From NCBI GenBank assembly GCA_021108335.1, contig JAIORC010000188.1, positions 10,240-74,239 of the forward strand: DNA of 64,000 nt. Direction: 5' to 3'. The stretch's first letter is position 1. Each line of letters opens with the position of its first letter. The position numbers and the translations under genes were made by a program. The notes under the pieces are model-generated. The model saw only the letters and a list, made by a program, of their open reading frames with translations, did no database searches and was not told the origin of the DNA. This stretch comes from Phycisphaerae bacterium (GTDB taxonomy: Bacteria > Planctomycetota > Phycisphaerae > SM23-33). Shown piece by piece: positions 53,632 through 61,312 of the stretch.

Positions 53632-56595
53632 ATGCATGGAAAAGTATTAATTTTGGCAGGTTTTATGGCGATGTGTTTCGTTGGCGGTTCGGTTATTGCT
53701 GCCGGGAAGGACTCTCAAGAGAAATATCTGTGCATCAGCAAAACCGCTCGCCCGCCGGTAATTAACGGAAAGCTTGGTAAGGACGAATGGGCCGGCAGCG
53801 CCAAAATCTCCGGCTTTGTGCTGAAGGGCGGAATCGGTGCCCCGACGCAACAGACGGAAGTCTTTATCACTTATGACGACAAGACTTTTTACTTTGCCGC
53901 GCGTTGCCTCGAATCGAGCATGGATAAAATCAGAACCAGGGTAAAGGAGCACAACGGGGCGGTTTATAATGACGATAACATCGAGTTGTTTATCGATACG
54001 AATTATGATCGATACAGCTATCGGCAGTTTGTCCTGAATTCCATCGCCACGCAGTGGAGCGATGATATATCGAAAAAGGGAGCATGGTCCGCGGCTGCGA
54101 AGGAGCGCGATGACTGCTGGGTCGTGGAAATGGCCATACCCTTCACCCAGCTTGGCATGACGCCGGAAAAGGGGCTTGTCTGCGGGCTGAACATCTGTCG
54201 TATCCGATGGGGCAACAGGAAGCCGGAGCTGAGTTGCTGGTCGCCGACGTACGGTGGGTTTCATTCGCCGGGACATTTCGGCTGCATGGTCTTTGGTTCT
54301 TTCCAAGAAGTAGCAGCCCGTGAGGCCGGCAAACTCAGGGCGCGGCTTGACAAGATTACGGCGAAAGATTCTGACAAGGCCCCAGTGCTTGCAGAGATTA
54401 AAAAGCTGGAGGATTCGGTCAAGCCGGACGAAAAATTCGACGTAGACCGATATCGGGCGCTCCGCAAATCGGCCGAGGCCATTGGTGAAAAAATAGTAGA
54501 CCTTGGGTTGTCGGACTTGCGCGCGAAATTGACCGGCGCCGGCACGGTGGAAACGCAGCATCTGACTTCTGCCGCCTCACGGGGCAATTACAAGTTCCCG
54601 GAAAACTGGCGGAGCCGGAAGATTCTGGGGCAATATGAATTCCTGCACGATCTCTCGAATCACAAAAAGTCCCTTTACAAAAAAGCCGGGCTTGCGGATG
54701 AGCCTTTTATCAAGGACGCTCTTATGGGGGTTTACGTCCTGCACAATAAGATGTTCAAGAAGAAATTCTTCGACCCCAAATCCCCTATCCGAAAAGAGCT
54801 GAAAAAAACCGGCAGACCGTTCTGCATAAACGCCCTGGTCGGTAATAAGCGTATCAGCGACATTCCGCCTTCCCTGTGCCGCCGATTCATCAAGGAATAC
54901 GGCGACCAGTTTGTCGGTTTTATCGCGGACGAAAGCTTTGGCCATAACGCCCATAAAAAATGGAAGCATCTGGGGGTAAGCAAGCCGAAAAACCGGAAAG
55001 ACGCGTTTATGGTTTTTGTAGCCTGTGCGTTGGATCGGCACACGAAGATTTTCCGCAACTGGGCCTTGGGCCATACTGAATTCCGCAACTGGTCGGTTTG
55101 CACGTTTTCGGATCCGCTGGACCATTTAGCGCTTGAAACCCATAACCTCGTGATGTCCGGCCATGAAATCGGTGGATTTGTGCCGTGTACGCCTTTGTTG
55201 TTTGCTTTTTCCCGTGGTGCGGCAAGGCAATACGATAAGCCGTGGAGGACGTACCTGGCGGTTTGGGGGCCGGGCGTGGTTTGGGGTTCTGTAAAGGGCT
55301 ACAATGTATTGTCGCCCCGATGTCGCACACCGTTTCATCGGCCAACGTGGGAGAGAGGCCCGTACTGCGGCACGTCGCTTTCGCTTCAGAAGCGACAAAT
55401 TCTTGCGGCCTACATGTCGGGCACAAACATATTCCGCGATGAAAGCGATGCCGATTGCGGTTCGCTCTATGTCGCCCATTACGACCATCGCACCATTGAT
55501 ACCGTTGACGACCTCGTGCTGGTATTGCGGGACCAACCCTACGCCCTTTCGCCGGCCGGTGAGATTCGCAAGGAGCTCCACGACAATATCGTCAAGAAGC
55601 ATGATCGCGGCGCGGCCTACACGCCGGTGGCGCTGGTCTTCGATCGATATCACGGGTATATGTCCACACACTATCGCGACCAGATACAAGGCCTGATCCC
55701 ATACACCGAAGCGGATTACATGATGCGGGCGGTCAACGATACGCTGTTCCCGTGGGATCATCGCACGGGCGAGCGGAAGACGATGGTAACCGGGCCTTTC
55801 GGCGACATGTTCGACGTTCTGACAAACAACACTCCCGGCGAAGTGCTTGACACGTATAAAGCGGCGATGCTTGTTGGGGATGTCGCTCTGGACGGGAGCT
55901 TTGTGAACAAGCTCGTCAAGTACGTCAAAAACGGCGGAACGTTGATTATTAACGCCAAACAGATCAAAGGCAAGCTGCCGAAAAAATTCCAGGAAATGCT
56001 CGGCTGCAAGGTAACAGAAAAACGCGGCAAGGGAATCACGGTGTTCAGCAAACTGGATAATTCGGTGATACCGGAGAAAAAATCCTTCAACTTCCAATAC
56101 CTTGAGCCGACAACCGCGACACCGCTCGTTTTCCTGGTCGAAGGTGACAAAAAAACCGTGCCGCTGGTGTTGTCGAACAAATACGGCAAGGGCAGAGCGA
56201 TCGTTACCGCGCCGGATTATCTTAAGGAATCCGGCAGCAAGACGCGGATGCTGAAATTGTTCAGCCATCTCATGCGGCATCTCAACTCCGAACTGCTGCC
56301 GGTGAAGGTGGAAGGAAATGTTGAATATATCGTCAACCGCAACAAGAACGGCTGGGTGGTAACGCTCATCAACAACGAGGGCGTGTACAAATATCCCGGC
56401 AAAAAAGAAATCGTCAAATCCGAGGAAAACGTCATCGCGAAAGTTACTCTGAAGCGTAATGCCGCCGCGAAAGTCTCGAAAGTAGGCGAGTGGCTCACAG
56501 GCAAAAAGCTGAAATCCGCCGACACCCCACAGGGGACGAAAGTAACTATTACCGTTCCGGCTGGCGACGTGCGGATTATAGAATTCGAGCAATAA
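53632..56595 (+). CDS. Family A paralog 5
   Basis: True start MHGKVLILAGFMAMCFVGGSV, in frame with the 53428 ORF. About 85% identical to paralog 1 in the CBM9-like region. Confidence 0.6.
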   Translation: MHGKVLILAGFMAMCFVGGSVIAAGKDSQEKYLCISKTARPPVINGKLGKDEWAGSAKISGFVLKGGIGAPTQQTEVFITYDDKTFYFAARCLESSMDKIRTRVKEHNGAVYNDDNIELFIDTNYDRYSYRQFVLNSIATQWSDDISKKGAWSAAAKERDDCWVVEMAIPFTQLGMTPEKGLVCGLNICRIRWGNRKPELSCWSPTYGGFHSPGHFGCMVFGSFQEVAAREAGKLRARLDKITAKDSDKAPVLAEIKKLEDSVKPDEKFDVDRYRALRKSAEAIGEKIVDLGLSDLRAKLTGAGTVETQHLTSAASRGNYKFPENWRSRKILGQYEFLHDLSNHKKSLYKKAGLADEPFIKDALMGVYVLHNKMFKKKFFDPKSPIRKELKKTGRPFCINALVGNKRISDIPPSLCRRFIKEYGDQFVGFIADESFGHNAHKKWKHLGVSKPKNRKDAFMVFVACALDRHTKIFRNWALGHTEFRNWSVCTFSDPLDHLALETHNLVMSGHEIGGFVPCTPLLFAFSRGAARQYDKPWRTYLAVWGPGVVWGSVKGYNVLSPRCRTPFHRPTWERGPYCGTSLSLQKRQILAAYMSGTNIFRDESDADCGSLYVAHYDHRTIDTVDDLVLVLRDQPYALSPAGEIRKELHDNIVKKHDRGAAYTPVALVFDRYHGYMSTHYRDQIQGLIPYTEADYMMRAVNDTLFPWDHRTGERKTMVTGPFGDMFDVLTNNTPGEVLDTYKAAMLVGDVALDGSFVNKLVKYVKNGGTLIINAKQIKGKLPKKFQEMLGCKVTEKRGKGITVFSKLDNSVIPEKKSFNFQYLEPTTATPLVFLVEGDKKTVPLVLSNKYGKGRAIVTAPDYLKESGSKTRMLKLFSHLMRHLNSELLPVKVEGNVEYIVNRNKNGWVVTLINNEGVYKYPGKKEIVKSEENVIAKVTLKRNAAAKVSKVGEWLTGKKLKSADTPQGTKVTITVPAGDVRIIEFEQ

Positions 56596-56742
56596 TCAAA
56601 CGGCGAAAACGCCTGGTGATTTATAATGCCGGAAACGGTATTATTAGCGGCCCTCGTTGGGTTTATGTGGATGCCGGGCGACGTGTAAGTAGCTTTTTCA
56701 AGACAAAGCAGTAGAGACGTTAACAGGAAATTTGGTGCAAAT

Positions 56743-57927
56743 ATGCTGATGAAATCCATTGTGTTTAAGGAACTGCCGATCCATGACGCCTGCTGGGCGA
56801 TTACGACCGGGGCGGACGGAAATGTCTACGTCGGCGTATGCGGCGAGTTGACGGGCGGCTTGAGCGTATTTATCGTTCGTTACGATCCGGCCAAGGACGA
56901 GTACGACTATTTGCTGGAGGCAAGCCCGGCCTTGGGAGAACCGACGGACAGCGGCAGGTCGCCTCACAGCAAAATACATTACTGTCTTCTCCCAGCCACT
57001 GACGGAACGTTATATTGTGCGACGCATTTTTCCGGGCCTGGGTTGGATGATCCGATATGGCGGCCTTGGCATGTGTGGGACGATCCGCAGCGAATGGCCG
57101 AAGGTTTTCACATTTTCCACTTCGATCCCAAGACTGAAGCGCTTGAGGATTTCGGCGTCATGAGCCCCAACGAGGGCTGTCGGGCGATGGCGTTTGCGGA
57201 GAAGAGAGGCCTGCTGTACGGCGTTACCTGGCCACGGAATCATTTCTTCGTGTACGACATAAATAAAAGGCAATACAGAGACCTCGGCAGATTTTGCGAT
57301 GTCAACCCGCAGGTGGTCTGGACGGATTCCGACGAGAACGGATACACGGTAGACGATCTGGGATACATCATGAAATATGATGCGGACGCGGATAAGCTTT
57401 TCCGGCTGGACGCAAGAGTCCCCATCGATCCGAGTTCGACAGTCGAGGCCCGCTCGGCGTACGATGTAATTCCTTCGCCGGACGGTAAAAGCGTTTACGG
57501 GTCGGTGTGGAATATGGAGATAAACTTCAAGCCCGTGCGACTCTTCAAATATGATTTCGCGGAAGAAAAGGTCTACGACCTCGGGCCAGGCCTGGGCGAG
57601 GACGATCTGGACCACGTGGGGGCGCTGATTTTCGGCGACGACGGAATGCTCTATTACACCGCCACCAAGAAAGCCAAGAATCGGATAATACCTTTCAAGG
57701 TTTATCTGTTCCGAATGAATCCGGACACGTTGGAAAAAGAGGAAATCGGCCCGGTTGATGACGGCGATTGGCATTCCACGTATATCGCCAAAGCTACGAA
57801 AGACCTCCATGGCAACCTCTACTTCGCCGACACGAATAATCGCCCGGAACGAATTTACGTCTACACGCCGGAAAAAACGGATAAGGACACACCTTCAAAA
57901 CAACCTATAGTCAGAGCATGGGGTTAA
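56743..57927 (+). CDS. Seven-bladed beta-propeller protein, cytoplasmic (no signal peptide)
   Basis: Repeated blade motif xDGxxYxG...LF/VYD...L/G (e.g. ADGNVYVGVCG, DGTLYCATHF, DGKSVYGSVW, DGMLYYTATKK, HGNLYFADTNN). Confidence 0.45.
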   Translation: MLMKSIVFKELPIHDACWAITTGADGNVYVGVCGELTGGLSVFIVRYDPAKDEYDYLLEASPALGEPTDSGRSPHSKIHYCLLPATDGTLYCATHFSGPGLDDPIWRPWHVWDDPQRMAEGFHIFHFDPKTEALEDFGVMSPNEGCRAMAFAEKRGLLYGVTWPRNHFFVYDINKRQYRDLGRFCDVNPQVVWTDSDENGYTVDDLGYIMKYDADADKLFRLDARVPIDPSSTVEARSAYDVIPSPDGKSVYGSVWNMEINFKPVRLFKYDFAEEKVYDLGPGLGEDDLDHVGALIFGDDGMLYYTATKKAKNRIIPFKVYLFRMNPDTLEKEEIGPVDDGDWHSTYIAKATKDLHGNLYFADTNNRPERIYVYTPEKTDKDTPSKQPIVRAWG

Positions 57928-57931
57928 AATT

Positions 57932-59125
57932 ATGCCAATAGATCGTAACGAATTAAAAAACAGACAATGGCCGACGCCTCCATTCCCGATCGGCAAGGAA
58001 ATCGCCGGCAGAAAACCGGATAGCGGTTCGGACGGTTCCTACGACAACGACTGGACGCGATTCGAAATAAAACAAGGCGTGCAATTTAAGGCCCTGCCTC
58101 ACCCGGCGGATTATTGCCAGTCCTGCTACGTTCACCAGGGCAGCTTGCGGCTGGTCTCCCTGCCGATTCCTCCCGGCGAATGCGGCATCAATTCCCTCGC
58201 CAGAGACAAAGGCGGCAAAATCTATGGCCTGACGAACGGCGAAAAAAGCCACCTCTTCTGCTACGACGCCGAAACGCAAAAAGACCAGGCCCGCGATCTG
58301 GGAACGTTCGAGGAGACTGCGCAAAAAGGTACGCTGGTTGTCGGTGCCGACGGCCTGCTCTACATGGCTGGTAATCTGCCGTCCGGCGAAGGCTGTATTT
58401 ATTCCCACGACCCCGCCGACGAAGCCGCCGGCGTTGCAAAAGTATGCTGCCCCGTACAAGGCGAAGGGATTGCCGCGATTGTTTCGGATGAAAACCGGCC
58501 TCGGATTTACGGCTTGAGTAACAAAAGCGGGACTTTCTTTCTTCTCGATACGGAGAAGGGCACGGTTGAAATCAAGGGCACGGTTGACGATGACGGCGTG
58601 TTTTCCGAGACCCTCGTTATCACGCCCGACGGAGACGTATTCGGCGGCTGCCGATGGTCGCAGTTGTTCAAATACGACGCGAAAGAAGACCGGCTGGCCG
58701 GCCTGGACATCAATGCGCCCATAATCCAAGGCCGCGAGATGTATAACCGGCTGGAGTCGCTGGTCTACGACAAGAATACGGATTCCATCTTCGGCGGAAC
58801 GTCGGCGGATGGAATTCTTTTCCGGTATTATCCAGGTCGGGACAAGATGGTTTCGCTGGGCAAGCCCTTCAACCAGCCGCACATTCGCTGCCTGACTATC
58901 GGGCATGACAACGCGGTTTACGGTATCGCAGGCCGGCAGTGCTGCCATCTGTTCAAATACGATGCCGGCGAAGGCGACCTTCGCGACCTCGGCATGGTTC
59001 ATGTCCGCTCGCCGCGTTTCTGGCATTGCTACGAATGCGACGCCGCCGTTACGGGCAAAAATGGCGAAATATATCTAGGCCAGAACGAAAGAATCAGCTA
59101 CCTGCATATTTACACACAAGATTGA
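57932..59125 (+). CDS. Seven-bladed beta-propeller protein, paralogous to 56743-57927
   Basis: Blades GKIYGLTNGEKSHLFCYDAETQKDQARDLG, PRIYGLSNKSGTFFLLDTEKG, DSIFGGTSADGILFRYYPGRDKMVSLG, AVYGIAGRQCCHLFKYDAGEGDLRDLG. Confidence 0.45.
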   Translation: MPIDRNELKNRQWPTPPFPIGKEIAGRKPDSGSDGSYDNDWTRFEIKQGVQFKALPHPADYCQSCYVHQGSLRLVSLPIPPGECGINSLARDKGGKIYGLTNGEKSHLFCYDAETQKDQARDLGTFEETAQKGTLVVGADGLLYMAGNLPSGEGCIYSHDPADEAAGVAKVCCPVQGEGIAAIVSDENRPRIYGLSNKSGTFFLLDTEKGTVEIKGTVDDDGVFSETLVITPDGDVFGGCRWSQLFKYDAKEDRLAGLDINAPIIQGREMYNRLESLVYDKNTDSIFGGTSADGILFRYYPGRDKMVSLGKPFNQPHIRCLTIGHDNAVYGIAGRQCCHLFKYDAGEGDLRDLGMVHVRSPRFWHCYECDAAVTGKNGEIYLGQNERISYLHIYTQD

Positions 59126-59346
59126 AAGGAATGCAGTTGCCGCTCTACTGAAGCATCAGCTAGTATTCCGTCCCGTAAAAATTGATGGGTGCCGTGGCGG
59201 GAGCGAAGCGACAGCCACGACGTAACTATTGCGAGAAAGCCCTTTGGGGGCGTCCAGCAATTTAACAGGGACGCGGCACTAGGCTGGCTTGGATAATGGG
59301 AACCGAATCCATCATTTTGCGTCAAAGAAGTGAAGGAGATTTGGTC

Positions 59347-59841
59347 ATGAAACGAGCGGCTTGGGGAATATGCGGCCTTTTGCTGGCAATCTTTCTAGTA
59401 CCTGCCGGATGCGAACAAGCTCCGCAACACGGCGTGACACCGAGCACCTCGTCGGACAATACGCTGAAATTTGTCTACGTGTCACATTGGACACTCGGTA
59501 GAATCATGCTTCTTGTGAGTGGCGAAGAAGCCGGACTTGATGTCCGATGCATTCTTCCAAAGGGAAAACTTTCCAGTCCGACAAGACATGAAATCGGCCA
59601 CGGCGAGGGTTTCGCAGAAGTTCGCCTATATCGTGGCAATGACATAGCCAGCTATTTGGCACCAAGCGGTTCCCCACGCGTACCCAGGCCGAACGAAAAG
59701 GCTGTTGGTGGAACCCTTGTATGTAAGCCTCTTGATGGCAAGAAGGCGATAATTCTGCTGGAAGGGCTACAGTTCGAGTCCGGTACGATTCCGAAGGTTG
59801 GTCCGTTTGAAGTCGTCCTGGATTATCCGCCACCACCATAG
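59347..59841 (+). CDS. Hypothetical small lipoprotein
   Basis: MKRAAWGICGLLLAIFLVPAGCEQ has a signal peptide with a marginal lipobox. There is no recognisable domain. Confidence 0.35.
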   Translation: MKRAAWGICGLLLAIFLVPAGCEQAPQHGVTPSTSSDNTLKFVYVSHWTLGRIMLLVSGEEAGLDVRCILPKGKLSSPTRHEIGHGEGFAEVRLYRGNDIASYLAPSGSPRVPRPNEKAVGGTLVCKPLDGKKAIILLEGLQFESGTIPKVGPFEVVLDYPPPP

Positions 59842-59895
59842 ATATTGACTGTTGAAATACCCAAGTCGTAGCCAATAATGTCGGCCATGAAGCGA

Positions 59896-59933
59896 CCAGT
59901 GCCGTGCTTCTGCAAGCAGAAGCACGGCACTGG
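59896..59933. terminator. Perfect 18-bp-stem REP-like hairpin between convergent genes, candidate bidirectional terminator
   Basis: ccagtgccgtgcttctgc-aa-gcagaagcacggcactgg followed by gcatttttt on the + strand. Same family as the 13094-13119 hairpin. Confidence 0.5.
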
Positions 59934-59963
59934 GCATTTTTTGGATGGTTGGTTATATGTTTC

Positions 59964-60872
59964 TCAGGCGGTTTTGCGCCGGCGTTGTTGTTTGAGGAGC
60001 AGGCCGATTCCGCCGCCGACCAGCAGGCAGAGCGTCGCCGGTTCAGGTACGATCTCCCAGCCGATATCGCTCAGGCCGGCTTCGTCCAGATCGGTAAAAT
60101 ATTTCCGCTTCCCGTTGGCGATAGTCGGATCCATCGCTGCTTCCTGGTCAACGCCGTCAACTTCGCTTTTGGTGCCTTCTTTCCAGTGGGCATTATCGTT
60201 TAACGGAACATCATCGCCATACTCCGCCCTCGCTGCGGGGCCTGTAAAATCGCTGCCACTAATATAATTCTGCCAGGGCGTTGCCCCGCCGATTCCCAGC
60301 ACATGGCCCATTTCGTGTATCGCGACCGATAGAAAATCATACTCGTCAGACTCTGGGTCGTTAGCGGAGAAGTTCCAGCTATAATCAGTTGGTAGATTAG
60401 TATTGAAGGAAACCGACCCGCCCCATGGGCCGAAATCGGTAATCGGGTTTTCCCCGCGGCTTGCCACTAAATCCAGCCATGCTGCGGTACCGACGGCGCT
60501 GTAACCACCGGCGCCGCCCTGGCCCAGGGCGCCCATATCCCGCCCGCCGGCGTAGACGATAAGCGTGTCGGCGGCGACGTTCATGTCTATCTCTCCGCTT
60601 ATCGGAAGGCCGGTAGCAGGATTGGAGAACTGTGGTGTCCAGGTATTCACCCCGCTGGGCGTAATCGCCAGCAGAGTGTCATTAAGAATGCCCTCGTAGT
60701 AAGATGCCACGTCGTCCATCCTGTCCCGGGCAGCCAAGCCGTCGGCTGTGCTGGTGTCAAAGAAACCATTCGCGTTGTCGTCGTAGTAGTAGTCGAAAAC
60801 GACATCAATCGCTGCCGTTGCGGGGGAAATCGAAATAAGGCAAACCGTAAGAATCAGAACTGCACGTCTCAT
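59964..60872 (-). CDS. Secreted zinc metalloprotease (HExxH zincin) with PEP-CTERM sorting signal
   Basis: True start MRRAVLILTVCLISISPATA (signal peptide); AIHEMGHVLGIGG zinc-binding motif; C-terminal VPEPATLCLLVGGGIGLLLKQQRRRK. Confidence 0.7.
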   Translation of the reverse strand: MRRAVLILTVCLISISPATAAIDVVFDYYYDDNANGFFDTSTADGLAARDRMDDVASYYEGILNDTLLAITPSGVNTWTPQFSNPATGLPISGEIDMNVAADTLIVYAGGRDMGALGQGGAGGYSAVGTAAWLDLVASRGENPITDFGPWGGSVSFNTNLPTDYSWNFSANDPESDEYDFLSVAIHEMGHVLGIGGATPWQNYISGSDFTGPAARAEYGDDVPLNDNAHWKEGTKSEVDGVDQEAAMDPTIANGKRKYFTDLDEAGLSDIGWEIVPEPATLCLLVGGGIGLLLKQQRRRKTA

Positions 60873-61312
60873 AATGCTCTCCATCTCGTCAGAACCAGCC
60901 GCGTGCAAAAGCGCACGGTAACCTGTTTTGCCTCGCATACGTCAGCAAGGCCATCTTCAGTGAGCACAACATGAGCGCACAACTCAAAAGAATTGAACGG
61001 CAAAACATCGACAAAACGTCCCTTCCCCGCAAACGCAACCAAGCGAACACCGGTAGACAGAAAAAGCGACACCGAACCCAAGGCTATTTTGATTCAGCTT
61101 TGATTCAGCGCGTTCTTCCGCTATCGCAGATGTTCTGAAAAGAGCGATGGCGAGCAAAATGTTTTGTCCAACAAGCCGTAAATTCTCGAGTCGTAATCCT
61201 CCTCGAGCAGAGCTAATAAGCAAAGGTTATTGTACGTCTAATACGGATTTTGTCAAGTAATATCGCCGCATCGGCAGATGTAACCACTTATTGTGTTTGC
61301 GGTTAAGATTTT

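Noticed and set aside
29860-56595. Calling the seven paralogs GH42 beta-galactosidases
   Set aside because: Only the middle (trimerisation-like) domain resembles GH42. The putative catalytic region lacks the GH42/GH35 TIM-barrel motifs, so the family is left unassigned.
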